Source of the DNA: a virus
Taxonomy: Duplodnaviria > Caudoviricetes
Direction: 5' to 3' (one strand)
Virus record (IMG/VR): IMGVR_UViG_3300028888_000097
Span: 1-64,000 of that record
Length of the DNA: 64,000 nucleotides
Shown here: piece after piece, positions 47,173-56,122 of the stretch
How the letters are laid out: each line of letters begins with the position of its first letter
Position numbering within the stretch: the stretch's first letter is position 1
Notes under the pieces: generated by a model
What the model was told of the DNA's origin: nothing
The model's database searches: none
What the model saw: the letters and a program-made list of their open reading frames with translations, nothing else
Program-made: the position numbers and the translations under genes

Positions 47173-48672
47173 TTAACGAATCCCCATACTGCTCAGGTGT
47201 GGTTTGCTTTCTGAATTGAGCCGATCCATTTCGGCATCGTGTAAGGATGCGAATTGAGGGTAGGTTTTCTTGCAGAGTTTTTTATCGGGTTCTTCTAACG
47301 ACGGAGAAGAATTCATCAGAAGAAATGCTGAATACAAATCTCTTTGTATCTTGTCCCCGTTTTTCAGGTGATTCCAGCGCTGTTCCAGAGTCTTCTTTCT
47401 GTATTCGTCTGCGGTGTGATCGTACTGACTTGCCCTAAAGGTCCACTTGGCAACTTCATGGTATTCTCCGCCGACCCGTTGACCTTTTTGTTCAAGCAGA
47501 AGCATGAACATTCCGGGGGCGCGGTTGGCAATAGACTTTCCGAATCGTTTCTTCCGGGCGAAATTCCCGTTTTTGTCTTTCTTGGTTTCTTTCGCCCGGC
47601 GCGCCAGTCCGCTCCATTCCATCGGCTCTATGTAGATTTCCCTGCCGAGCGACAGGATGTGATTCGCCATCCGGCAATGCTCCTGCTTCCGAATATCGGC
47701 GTTCTTTCGTTCCAATTCGCGGACGCGGCCTTCCATACGGAGGTAATGCTTGGATTTCGCCCACCGCAACTTGATGCCGCGTCTGATGGTTCCGTCCGGA
47801 TTGAAGTTGTCCGGGTTCGTCGCTCTGCGGCTTCGGTCCATCTTCCGCTGAAGCGCAACCTTCTCCGCGTGATTCCGTTTCACTCCCGCCGCCAACTCCG
47901 CAAGCCGGACTTCGGTCGGAGAAGACCACGCTATCGTCTGCGTACCAATGTCGATTCCGACGCGGCCTTTTCCGACGGGGCGGTATTTGGAAGCGGGTTC
48001 GCCCTGGTAGGTAATCTGGAGATAATACTTGTATCTCGTTTTGATCCACTTCCGGACGACGCGCATATTGCGGACTTCCTTCTGCATCATTTCCCGTTCG
48101 TAGGCGTTCTTGGGACGGCGGATGCGGATTTTCATAATCACACAATCGTCACAGCGTCCGCCTTTCCATGTGAAAACGTCTCCGTCAATGGTCATGCCGT
48201 CTCCGCGCGGGTACTTGCAAGCGATGCTGTCCAGCGAACCACGCTTGTGGAAATGAACCGCTTTCCCGTTTGAAAACAGATACTTTTCAAAGGAACGCCA
48301 TACATCCTGCCCGGATCTTTGCGCGACGTTTGCGCTGATATGAGGGGCAAAATGCTTGTGAACAGCCAAATCGGTGGTGTCTTTGGAGAACCGAAAGTCT
48401 TTGAACCCGGCTTCTTTCAGCATCGCGTTCCGCTCCTTGAACAGAACTTTCTTCTGCTTTTCGTCAGAGCATTCGCGGATGGATTTTGCGAGGCGTTTCC
48501 ACGCCCTCGTCCGTTCAAGCTGTTTCAGTTTGCGGAGTTCAAACCCGATGAGGGTATTCTTGAACTTTTCCACAATATCGAACCGGGTTTCGATGATTCT
48601 GTCCTGCCAGGGTTCGGTGAGCAGAGGAAGCGTCAGCACACAGCAGACGGATTCCTCGTTTGATTTCGCCAT
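47173..48672 (-). CDS. tnpB: TnpB/Cas12-like RNA-guided nuclease, 499 aa
   Basis: RuvC-I VGIDIG, RuvC-II IYIEPM, RuvC-III QRDLYSA; bridge-helix-like RRATNPDNF region; no Cys zinc finger. Confidence 0.88.
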   Translation of the reverse strand: MAKSNEESVCCVLTLPLLTEPWQDRIIETRFDIVEKFKNTLIGFELRKLKQLERTRAWKRLAKSIRECSDEKQKKVLFKERNAMLKEAGFKDFRFSKDTTDLAVHKHFAPHISANVAQRSGQDVWRSFEKYLFSNGKAVHFHKRGSLDSIACKYPRGDGMTIDGDVFTWKGGRCDDCVIMKIRIRRPKNAYEREMMQKEVRNMRVVRKWIKTRYKYYLQITYQGEPASKYRPVGKGRVGIDIGTQTIAWSSPTEVRLAELAAGVKRNHAEKVALQRKMDRSRRATNPDNFNPDGTIRRGIKLRWAKSKHYLRMEGRVRELERKNADIRKQEHCRMANHILSLGREIYIEPMEWSGLARRAKETKKDKNGNFARKKRFGKSIANRAPGMFMLLLEQKGQRVGGEYHEVAKWTFRASQYDHTADEYRKKTLEQRWNHLKNGDKIQRDLYSAFLLMNSSPSLEEPDKKLCKKTYPQFASLHDAEMDRLNSESKPHLSSMGIR

Positions 48673-48707
48673 AATTGACGCTTCCTTTCGTTTGGATTGA
48701 TGGTATC

Positions 48708-48736
48708 ATTATACCGAAACCGGGATTTTCGATTAA
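48708..48736 (-). promoter_or_regulatory. Promoter for tnpB/array
   Basis: TTAATC-17 bp-TATAAT on minus strand, upstream of GAAAGGA RBS. Confidence 0.55.
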
Positions 48737-48778
48737 CCGGTAGTGATGAAACTTCCGTAAATATCGTTCGGACAATGT

Positions 48779-48807
48779 AAAAACCGCCGGAGATTGGTCG
48801 GCGGTTT
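48779..48807 (-). terminator. Terminator after recombinase 2
   Basis: AAACCGCCG/CGGCGGTTT stem, U-tract on minus strand. Confidence 0.7.
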
Positions 48808-48833
48808 GGGGTATTCCTTTCGTTTCGTTCAGG

Positions 48834-49838
48834 TCAGAGGGTAAACGCGGAGAACTTCTCGGCGATATTCTTCGCGGCCTTCGCTTTATTGAGAATGTGG
48901 GTATAGACTTTCTCTGTGGTGCGGAGGCTGGAATGGCCGAGGGCAAGCTGAACATCGCGGATGTCGGCTCCGCCGTCGGCCCAGAGGGACGTCGCGCAAT
49001 GGCGGAGAAGGTGGGGATAGATGTCGCGTCCGATGACACGCTTTCCATATCGTTTGACGAGGCGGTCTAAGGTGGAGGCGTGGAACTTATGCCAGAGTTC
49101 GGCGCGGTTCGGTTCGTTCCCTTCGGGTTCATCAGTTTCTTCTTCCGATTCTATTTTGCCATCGTGCTGATGGGTTCCGAAGAGGAAGTCTTCATCGGTT
49201 GCCCATGCGGGGCGAATGCCGGAGTTCAGGTAATTCCGGAGGACGATTTGCGCGGCGGGCATGAAGGGGACGTTTCGTTCCTTCGATCCCTTGCCGTTCC
49301 GGACGGTGATGGTTTTTTCGTCCCAATGGAGATCTGAAGGGCGGAGTTCGCGCAGTTCGTCCGATCTGAGGCCGGTTAAGATGATGGTGGCAACGATGGC
49401 GTAGTTGCGCTTCGGGAGTTTGCCCTTGATGGAAACCGGGATATTGGCGGGGTCGAGCAGCCGTTTGATTTCGTCTTCCGAGGGGATTTCCTTTTTGGTG
49501 AAGGTGAAAGCGGGGCGGCTGGATTCGGGGATGGGGGATTCGGAGACGAGCTTCATTTTCTTCGCCCACGTGAAGAAGCGTTCGACCGCGCCGTAATACT
49601 GATTGGCGGAATTCTGCGAGACGGTTGACATGAGAGAATCGCTCCACTCCTGAACGGTTAAGGGGGTGATTTCATCGGGGTTCGTTTCGTTCAGGTAATC
49701 CCGGAATTTGCGTAATCCGAGGTCATAGGCGCGGACGGTATGTTCGGACTTCTTCTGGGCGCGTTCGGAGGCGAGGTATCGGGGGTACAGTTCGTTATAT
49801 TCGGCGGGGGTGAGGGATTCCGGGATCTGGTGGGACAT
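48834..49838 (-). CDS. Tyrosine recombinase 2 (XerC/D-like)
   Basis: TGLRSDE, KGSK, HLLRH, LGH, TEKVY. Confidence 0.9.
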   Translation of the reverse strand: MSHQIPESLTPAEYNELYPRYLASERAQKKSEHTVRAYDLGLRKFRDYLNETNPDEITPLTVQEWSDSLMSTVSQNSANQYYGAVERFFTWAKKMKLVSESPIPESSRPAFTFTKKEIPSEDEIKRLLDPANIPVSIKGKLPKRNYAIVATIILTGLRSDELRELRPSDLHWDEKTITVRNGKGSKERNVPFMPAAQIVLRNYLNSGIRPAWATDEDFLFGTHQHDGKIESEEETDEPEGNEPNRAELWHKFHASTLDRLVKRYGKRVIGRDIYPHLLRHCATSLWADGGADIRDVQLALGHSSLRTTEKVYTHILNKAKAAKNIAEKFSAFTL

Positions 49839-49855
49839 GGTGGATCTCCTTTCGG

Positions 49856-50074
49856 TTAGTTTTCCGGTTCGTTTGGTTCGGTGGCAAATAGAATATTGGA
49901 AACAGATACAATGACCCGTTCGACATACTCTTCGCAGTTATTGAGGCCCGATCCGACGAGAATTTCAGCGTTCGGCGGGCAGTGGGACAGGATTTTAATC
50001 AAATCCCGGACGGTAAAGACGCTGTTTTCGTCGGGGCGGATTGTTTTGTGATTGAATTCGGTGGAGATTTTCAC
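49856..50074 (-). CDS. Hypothetical protein
   Basis: TVRDLIKILS.CP.NAEI pattern; RBS. Confidence 0.6.
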   Translation of the reverse strand: MKISTEFNHKTIRPDENSVFTVRDLIKILSHCPPNAEILVGSGLNNCEEYVERVIVSVSNILFATEPNEPEN

Positions 50075-50098
50075 GGTTGATTCCTTTCATTTGGATGG

Positions 50099-50701
50099 TC
50101 AAAATACGATTTCCTGTGTAGTTTTGCCGGGGGTGACGGTGATCCCGAAACGGGAGAGTTTCGTCTGAATCTCATTTTGCAGGACATACAGTTCGGCGGG
50201 AGAGGCGATGAAAGTGATTTCGTTTATTTCATCGAGGCGGAGAAAAGCGGAACGCATCTGTTCCAGATCCCGGCAAATGGAAGCGGCGTAATTAAATTTG
50301 TCGCGGAGTTCATCCAGTTCGGATTCGTCCGCATAGAGCATGACGCCGATCACAGCCTGAAGAAAACGGTTCATAACGGAATACAGATCATCAAAGTCAT
50401 CGTCGATCAATCTGTCTGCGATCCGGGACAGGGGACGGCGCTCCATTCGGACAGTTACATATTGGCCAAAGCCGTGCATGGAAGGAAGTGCAGCGGTCTC
50501 GGCGAAAGACCGGTCGAGCATTTCCCGCGCCTGTTCCAGAACGATAGATTCTTTTACATCCCGCCGTGCTGATGCGGCGAGAGGTAATGCGTCAACCACC
50601 GTCAGCAGGGATCGCATGGCAAACCACTCGTTATATTCCCGGTCGTTGTGTTCGTTTGCATTGAGGCGGTCGGTAACGAGGTCGAAAAGGTTTTTGTACA
50701 T
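50099..50701 (-). CDS. Hypothetical helical protein
   Basis: GAAAGGAG RBS. Confidence 0.7.
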   Translation of the reverse strand: MYKNLFDLVTDRLNANEHNDREYNEWFAMRSLLTVVDALPLAASARRDVKESIVLEQAREMLDRSFAETAALPSMHGFGQYVTVRMERRPLSRIADRLIDDDFDDLYSVMNRFLQAVIGVMLYADESELDELRDKFNYAASICRDLEQMRSAFLRLDEINEITFIASPAELYVLQNEIQTKLSRFGITVTPGKTTQEIVF

Positions 50702-50719
50702 GATGGGACTCCTTTCAGT

Positions 50720-51061
50720 TCAGATTTCGATTTCGAGGATTTCGGCAGCGCGGTTTACGACGGATTCAAAGGAATCTCCGTCCGCTTTGCTCCATTCAAG
50801 GGAGAGTCCGGCGCGTTCGCACAGTTCACAGAGCGTCTCGAGATCCCATTCGTCACAGGTGCGGATGGCTTCGGCAAGCTGGCTATCGGTCATGGCAGCG
50901 GGGGAGATCTCATTGAGCTGCAATTCAAGTTCGTCTCCATCCCTGTCCCATTTACGGGAGAGGCGGGAGAGTTCTTTGCCGTTGACGATAGTCTCGGTGG
51001 TGACGGTGGTGTCGTATGTCCAAATGGGAAGGTATTCTTCACGGATGGTGTAGTATTTCAT
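50720..51061 (-). CDS. Hypothetical protein
   Basis: GAAAGGA RBS. Confidence 0.7.
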   Translation of the reverse strand: MKYYTIREEYLPIWTYDTTVTTETIVNGKELSRLSRKWDRDGDELELQLNEISPAAMTDSQLAEAIRTCDEWDLETLCELCERAGLSLEWSKADGDSFESVVNRAAEILEIEI

Positions 51062-51090
51062 TTGATTTGTCCTTTCTGCCCGATCGGGCG

Positions 51091-51330
51091 TTATTCATTC
51101 TCCGGTGCGCTCATCGCGTCCCGGACCATTTCGGCGATCATGGATGCAATTTTCTCGATCTCATCGTCCGTCAGATCGGCGAGTTCGGTGTCTGCATCGG
51201 TGCGGAGGTCTTTGTTTTTGAGCCATGCGGAAACTTCTGCGGGATCCGTATGAAAGGCGGTAGGGCCGTCGGAGGTCCAGATGTCATAGTATGCAGAGGC
51301 GATTTTGGCGAGTTGGAGGTATGATTTCAT
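51091..51330 (-). CDS. Hypothetical protein
   Basis: MKSYLQLAK start with RBS. Confidence 0.65.
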   Translation of the reverse strand: MKSYLQLAKIASAYYDIWTSDGPTAFHTDPAEVSAWLKNKDLRTDADTELADLTDDEIEKIASMIAEMVRDAMSAPENE

Positions 51331-51344
51331 TTGATTCATTCCTT

Positions 51345-51863
51345 TCAGTCCCACAGATGGGACATAGCGGCGTTTTTCCACTCGTTTTCCATCTCGGCGA
51401 TAACGGTTTCATGCGGTTCGCCGTTGATGATCCGTTCAAGGGCTTTGGCTCCTGCGCTTGCTTTTTCGTCGTTTTCGGAGAGTGAATAGCTTTCGGCGCG
51501 GAGGTAAGCGGCTGCGCGGGGGTGAGCGGCGCGGAGCGCGTCGAGGTCGATGTCCGGTCTCACGGGTAGGATGCCGTATCCGTTTTCGACCGCCTCGTTA
51601 TAGCGGTCATAGTAATCTTTCAGTTCGCGGATTGCCGATTTCAGTTCGGTCAGCCCTTCGATAGCGTCAATTTTGTCCTGGCGTTCCCAGGCTTTTCGTT
51701 CCGTTTCGCGTTTTTCGGCGAGGAGGATTTCGAGGATGGCGGGCTTGTTGGAGACGATGAGCTGTTCGTCTCGTTTCGTTTTGACCCGTGAGCGGGTGAC
51801 GCTGATGTGGGATTCGTCGTGGAGGGTGATACCGTATTTTTTGATGATTTCGCGGGGATCCAT
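51345..51863 (-). CDS. Hypothetical protein
   Basis: GAAAGGA RBS; YPRAAAYLRAE-type motif. Confidence 0.7.
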   Translation of the reverse strand: MDPREIIKKYGITLHDESHISVTRSRVKTKRDEQLIVSNKPAILEILLAEKRETERKAWERQDKIDAIEGLTELKSAIRELKDYYDRYNEAVENGYGILPVRPDIDLDALRAAHPRAAAYLRAESYSLSENDEKASAGAKALERIINGEPHETVIAEMENEWKNAAMSHLWD

Positions 51864-51884
51864 GATTTCTTCCTTTCTGCCAGG

Positions 51885-52148
51885 TCAGGCATTATACTTG
51901 TTTATAAAAGCGGCGGTGGATTCGATTTCGTCGTCATCCATGTTGTCCCGGCAAAGATCGAGATATTCATGAATTACGTTTATCATGTCGTCTTCACGGT
52001 AGAAGTCGGAATACTTTGCGGAATCCACGATGTCTTGAAGGTCGGCGCATTCGTTCTGAATCATGGATTCGACGGCGTAGGCGGCGTTTTGAGAACTATC
52101 GATTGTTCTGGCGATAAGGCGGAGAACTTTCGATTCGGGGTTTTTCAT
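51885..52148 (-). CDS. Hypothetical acidic protein
   Basis: GAAAGGA RBS. Confidence 0.65.
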   Translation of the reverse strand: MKNPESKVLRLIARTIDSSQNAAYAVESMIQNECADLQDIVDSAKYSDFYREDDMINVIHEYLDLCRDNMDDDEIESTAAFINKYNA

Positions 52149-52197
52149 TTCGTTTCCTTTCTGCCTGTAGGCAATAGCTTCGTTTGGTTTCGTGATT

Positions 52198-52211
52198 ATT
52201 ATACCACATTT
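52198..52211 (-). promoter_or_regulatory. Extended -10 promoter
   Basis: AAATGTGGTATAAT, identical to the -10 region at 6604-6617. Confidence 0.55.
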
Positions 52212-52384
52212 CGGACGTTATTACGCGTTTTCGATGTGTTGTTTACACAAAGTTTACAAACCGACCCGACGTTCTGTGAGGCGCGAGAGCGGGGGATTTC
52301 GTTTGATTCGATCCGGAAGGCATTCTGATTCGTCCGGGTTCAATTCGCCCGAATTTACCCCACTCCTGCGCGTCCTGCGGGGTG

Positions 52385-52621
52385 CTATGCGATCTTAGCG
52401 GTGACTTCTTCGTCGGTTCCGGGTTCCGTCAAGTTCGTTTCGTTCAGCGGGGGGATCACGAGGCCGAACGCGAGTTTCAGAAGGGCTGCGAGGACGGTGT
52501 ACTGCGATTCGCGGTTGGCATCGGAGGCGTAGTTGGAGGAGAAGACGATCTGGGGGCCGTCCGGGGAGGGGACTTCGGCGGCAAAGGTTCCGTTCGGGAG
52601 GTGGTGGAGGGTTAATGTCAT
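52385..52621 (-). CDS. Hypothetical protein
   Basis: RBS, coupled ORF. Confidence 0.55.
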   Translation of the reverse strand: MTLTLHHLPNGTFAAEVPSPDGPQIVFSSNYASDANRESQYTVLAALLKLAFGLVIPPLNETNLTEPGTDEEVTAKIA

Positions 52622-52800
52622 TTTGTTTTGTCCTTTCTTTTGATTTCAGCGAGTTTTGATTTTATCATGTATGCGGAATAGTCCAGCTCCCGCCCGCAGG
52701 AGGGGCAGGAGGCGGGAAGATTCGGCGGGAGAGGGGAGCGGCATTTTCCGCAGAGCGGGAAGCCGGTCGGGGTGGTTATGACAAGGGCGGGGCGTTTCAT
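52618..52800 (-). CDS. Zn-ribbon protein
   Basis: CGKC..CPSCGRELDY. Confidence 0.65.
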   Translation of the reverse strand: MKRPALVITTPTGFPLCGKCRSPLPPNLPASCPSCGRELDYSAYMIKSKLAEIKRKDKTK

Positions 52801-52997
52801 TTGGGTTGATCCTCCGGTTCGTCTGATTCGGTTGTGATACGGATAAATTCCGTCCAGTCCAGTTCACGTCCGCATTCAGGGCAGTAATTCGGCATTTGAC
52901 CGTATTTATCGCAGAGCAGTTCGGCTTTGCATTTTTCGCAGTAGGTGATACCGTCGTCGGTCATTTTGACGGTGGATTTCCCGCGGGTTGGTTTCAT
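52797..52997 (-). CDS. Zn-ribbon protein (paralogue of previous)
   Basis: CEKC..CPECGRELDW. Confidence 0.65.
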   Translation of the reverse strand: MKPTRGKSTVKMTDDGITYCEKCKAELLCDKYGQMPNYCPECGRELDWTEFIRITTESDEPEDQPK

Positions 52998-53011
52998 TTG
53001 ATTCGCTCCTT

Positions 53012-53263
53012 TCATGTAAACGCGAGGGTTCCGTTTTCTTTGAAGGTTTGATTCCAAATGTAAGCGGTTGTATCGGCTTCCCGTTTGGTTTCGCAGAGCT
53101 GAATGACGGTAACTCTACTGTAGCCGCCGTGTTCGGAGTGATAAGCTCCGCCGAACTGGTTGATTTGTTTGAGAAGGTTTTGGTCGGACGTATAATAGTT
53201 TGTTCCCGAACATTCCTTCCCATCGGGGAATCTGCACTGATAGGCGTAGTAAAAGCGTTTCAT
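53012..53263 (-). CDS. Hypothetical protein
   Basis: MKRFYYAYQC start with RBS. Confidence 0.6.
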   Translation of the reverse strand: MKRFYYAYQCRFPDGKECSGTNYYTSDQNLLKQINQFGGAYHSEHGGYSRVTVIQLCETKREADTTAYIWNQTFKENGTLAFT

Positions 53264-53283
53264 GATATACATTCCTTTTCGTT

Positions 53284-53724
53284 TCATTCGGCGGATTTCG
53301 ATTCGATCCAGGCGGTGAGGGATTTGAGGATGTCGGCGCGGGGTGTGGACGTGCGCTGAAGGCTTGTATAAAACTTTCCGTTTCGCTTCTGATGGAAGGA
53401 ATGGATATTCGAGGTGTAGGGTTCGGAGACGTAGAAGCCGCCGCTGAACCATCCGAGCGGGGGAAGGACGTCGAGGGCATAATCGTACTGTTCTTCGGTT
53501 TCTTCCTTCCATTCGCCGCAGAGGGCGTCTTCTGCGGCGGTGAGGATGGTGTGAAACTCTTCTTCGGTCAAGATCGTGTACCCTTCGGATCGGTAGTCTT
53601 CGACGGTCTTGCCGGAATAGGGATCCGTTCCGTTCGGTGCGGTAATGACGGCATACCATGCGGACAGGCCGCGCTTTTTGAAGTCGTCCAAGTCGCGGAC
53701 GATGTAAGTCCAGTCAGCAGACAT
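53284..53724 (-). CDS. DUF1419-like protein
   Basis: EETEEQYDYALDVLPPLGW..GF...E motif. Confidence 0.65.
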   Translation of the reverse strand: MSADWTYIVRDLDDFKKRGLSAWYAVITAPNGTDPYSGKTVEDYRSEGYTILTEEEFHTILTAAEDALCGEWKEETEEQYDYALDVLPPLGWFSGGFYVSEPYTSNIHSFHQKRNGKFYTSLQRTSTPRADILKSLTAWIESKSAE

Positions 53725-53725
53725 T

Positions 53726-53944
53726 TTATTTCGTTCCTTTCGTTTGCAGATATTTTTGAATCAGCGGAAACACTGCGTCAATTCCGTTCCATCTGATTAC
53801 GCCCAGGATGTTCCAGAATAAGCGGGTATAATCTTCTTTGCCGAGGATTATTTCAAATTCCAGAAGACGCGCTTTTTCTTCTTCGGACAGTTCATATTCT
53901 TCGATGATTTGCCCGTTCGATTCGATGCGAGAAGTGATTTTCAT
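53726..53944 (-). CDS. Hypothetical protein
   Basis: Coupled ORF. Confidence 0.6.
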   Translation of the reverse strand: MKITSRIESNGQIIEEYELSEEEKARLLEFEIILGKEDYTRLFWNILGVIRWNGIDAVFPLIQKYLQTKGTK

Positions 53945-54186
53945 TTGATTTGTTCCTTCTTTCCGTACAGTAACGAATAAACGCCATATGAATATAGTTT
54001 GTCAAACCAGTGCCAGATTTCATCCCGTTCGGTCCCGGCCTTGAAGTGATACCAGTCTTCGGCAAGGATCAGTTCGCCGGATTCGTTTTCGTCAAATGGA
54101 ACGTCTTCCAGCTCGTTCCATATGGATTCAAGGTATATATCAACGCCTTCGCGGGAAAGTCCTTTGAAATTCGGTGCAGATTCCAT
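53941..54186 (-). CDS. Hypothetical protein
   Basis: W..LEDVP.D..F.AGT.RDEIWHWFD motif. Confidence 0.7.
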   Translation of the reverse strand: MESAPNFKGLSREGVDIYLESIWNELEDVPFDENESGELILAEDWYHFKAGTERDEIWHWFDKLYSYGVYSLLYGKKEQIK

Positions 54187-54210
54187 TTCGTTCAGATCCT
54201 TTCGTTTCGT

Positions 54211-54447
54211 TCAGTGGAACGCGATGATTTTTCCGTTCGGGCCGTTGTGTTCGCAGTAGCAGCGATGATTTCCGTTCCGATCGATCCGGTTTGAAAACCA
54301 GCGCGTTTCGTTCGATTCGCATTCCCGGACGGGGACAACAGTTTTCGGCATATAGTAACAGGCGCAGAGGGAAAAAGCGTTTACAAAGCTCGTCGATGTA
54401 CAGACGGAGGGATTCTTTTGACCGACCATGTAGATTTTCCGTTCCAT
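54211..54447 (-). CDS. Hypothetical protein
   Basis: MERKIY start with RBS. Confidence 0.5.
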   Translation of the reverse strand: MERKIYMVGQKNPSVCTSTSFVNAFSLCACYYMPKTVVPVRECESNETRWFSNRIDRNGNHRCYCEHNGPNGKIIAFH

Positions 54448-54505
54448 TTCATTCAGTCCTTTCGTTCGATCCGGGGGATTGCTCCCCCGGTTTGTTTCGT
54501 TCGGT

Positions 54506-54781
54506 TCAGCCGATGTTGTCGGCATAATCGCACCAGCCGGAATAGTGAACGGCAAGGATCACGTCGTCGGTGATTCGTTCGGTTCCGTTCTTCCAGACGA
54601 TGGCGGAGACGAAATCCCCTTCGCAGTAGTCTTCGCAGCCGTAAAACTGATACTGATAGCCAGAAGCGGTTTCGATGGTAACGACGTCGGCAGGGCGGTC
54701 GAGGTCAACGATTTTCGCGGTCATGGAATAGAGGCCGAGAGCGGCGATGAGGGCGGAGAGATAGGCGATGATGGTTTTCAT
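54506..54781 (-). CDS. Small secreted/membrane OB-like protein
   Basis: Signal-like N-terminus; G.....DDVI motif. Confidence 0.65.
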   Translation of the reverse strand: MKTIIAYLSALIAALGLYSMTAKIVDLDRPADVVTIETASGYQYQFYGCEDYCEGDFVSAIVWKNGTERITDDVILAVHYSGWCDYADNIG

Positions 54782-54812
54782 TTAATTTTATCCTTTCTGT
54801 ATTCTTGATTCT

Positions 54813-54840
54813 ATTATAGCGGATGGTCGGAAGTTTTCAA
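54813..54840 (-). promoter_or_regulatory. Early-type promoter
   Basis: TTGAAA-16 bp-TATAAT. Confidence 0.55.
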
Positions 54841-54846
54841 GGGGAA

Positions 54847-55185
54847 TCAGGCAAGCAGTTCATTCAGTTCCGGTTCACCCATGAGGAAACGGGAGGGGAG
54901 TTCAAAGGCGGCGTATTCGTCGGCGATGTGCTCCAGGCGGCGGGAGAGGTGGTTCTGTTCGATATAAGCGGCCAGACGTTCCCGTCCGGTTGATTCCGTT
55001 CCGGTCGGCTCCGCTGAGAGGATCAGGGAGCCGGTGGCGGTTTCGTTCAGGGTGACAGTGTGGAAGTGAAGGCTTTCGTTCAGTTCGTCGCATTCGTTCC
55101 AGAGGGCGGCGGCGGTGGTATAGTCGTAGTCGGTCGGTAGGCCGTTCATGCCGTAGGTGGTGAGGTTGAGGATGTAGGATTTCAT
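54847..55185 (-). CDS. Hypothetical protein
   Basis: RBS. Confidence 0.6.
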   Translation of the reverse strand: MKSYILNLTTYGMNGLPTDYDYTTAAALWNECDELNESLHFHTVTLNETATGSLILSAEPTGTESTGRERLAAYIEQNHLSRRLEHIADEYAAFELPSRFLMGEPELNELLA

Positions 55186-55190
55186 TTCGT

Positions 55191-55379
55191 TCAGTTCCTT
55201 TCATTCGAGAATATAGAATCAATTATGGTTTCAGATTCTTCTTTTTCGGCGACTGCTACACAAGGCCAGAAGGCGCGGCGTTTTGTCGCAGCTTTTTCGG
55301 CGGCTCTTTTTGTTTTGAAGGTTTGAATAATCGTGGGGGATTCAGGTTTATATCCGGACAAAACGATATAGATTTTCAT
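55191..55379 (-). CDS. Hypothetical protein
   Basis: RBS; in operon. Confidence 0.55.
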   Translation of the reverse strand: MKIYIVLSGYKPESPTIIQTFKTKRAAEKAATKRRAFWPCVAVAEKEESETIIDSIFSNERN

Positions 55380-55380
55380 T

Positions 55381-55581
55381 TCATTCGTCCCTTTCGATTT
55401 CGGAGAATTTTTTCAGTTCGTTTGCGATTCCTTCCGGTGTGTTTGCGTATTTTTCAAGCCATTCGGTGAAACACCAGGACAGATAGGATTCGAGGTTATC
55501 CAGGGCGGCGGGGGATTCGTTCAGAGCGCGGATTGCGTTCACGAATACGGCGGCGGCGCGTTCGGTTTCGGGCGTTTTCAT
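55381..55581 (-). CDS. Hypothetical protein
   Basis: NLESYLS.....W...YAN.PE motif; RBS. Confidence 0.6.
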   Translation of the reverse strand: MKTPETERAAAVFVNAIRALNESPAALDNLESYLSWCFTEWLEKYANTPEGIANELKKFSEIERDE

Positions 55582-55597
55582 TTCGGTCAGGCTCCTT

Positions 55598-55795
55598 TCA
55601 TTTTGCGGAATAATAGATGCTTGCGGGGACGTTATAAATCCATGCGCCGCAACGGACAAGAAGAGCGTCGTTTCCATAGTAAAGTTTTCTCATGCCGGTT
55701 ACGGAACCGGTAACGGAGAAGTTGGGATAGCGTTCAAGATGGTATATTTTCCCTTGCGTTTCGTTCATGGTTCGGACACGAGGCGGACGTTTCAT
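55598..55795 (-). CDS. Hypothetical protein
   Basis: PNFSVTGSV.GMRKLYYG..A.LVRCG.WIYNVP motif. Confidence 0.65.
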   Translation of the reverse strand: MKRPPRVRTMNETQGKIYHLERYPNFSVTGSVTGMRKLYYGNDALLVRCGAWIYNVPASIYYSAK

Positions 55796-55824
55796 TTCAA
55801 GCTCCTTTCATTTCATTCGTTCCT

Positions 55825-56106
55825 TCAATAGATTTCTTGAATAGAATAGTATTTTCTAACTTCTCCGTCAAAATAGCCGGGACCTCTCCAGGCGCACAGT
55901 GAAGAGTTTTCCCATTTGCGCGGAATTTCATTGCATTTCATGAGTGCGGCGAATACTTCCGATTCGGCCCCTTTCGTCATTCCAGGCCGGTAAACGGTAT
56001 GCGCAATCTGCTGAAAAGTTCCGTTTTTCAGTTTGTATATACGGAGAATCCGATCTCCTTTCCGGCTCCGTTCGTCTCTTCTGTCGGTGAAATAGAATCG
56101 TTTCAT
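55825..56106 (-). CDS. Hypothetical protein
   Basis: GAAAGGAG RBS. Confidence 0.65.
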   Translation of the reverse strand: MKRFYFTDRRDERSRKGDRILRIYKLKNGTFQQIAHTVYRPGMTKGAESEVFAALMKCNEIPRKWENSSLCAWRGPGYFDGEVRKYYSIQEIY

Positions 56107-56122
56107 TTTAATCTCCTTTCAT

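Noticed and set aside
46671-48672. IS607 or IS200/IS605 transposon
   Set aside because: No serine or Y1 transposase adjacent and no recognisable IS ends; the gene is embedded with its own promoter and array
6566-52211. AAATGTG motif at several intergenic sites (6566, 6604, 12990, 45750, 45783, 52204)
   Set aside because: A 7-mer at about the count expected by chance; partly explained by extended -10 elements; needs statistics
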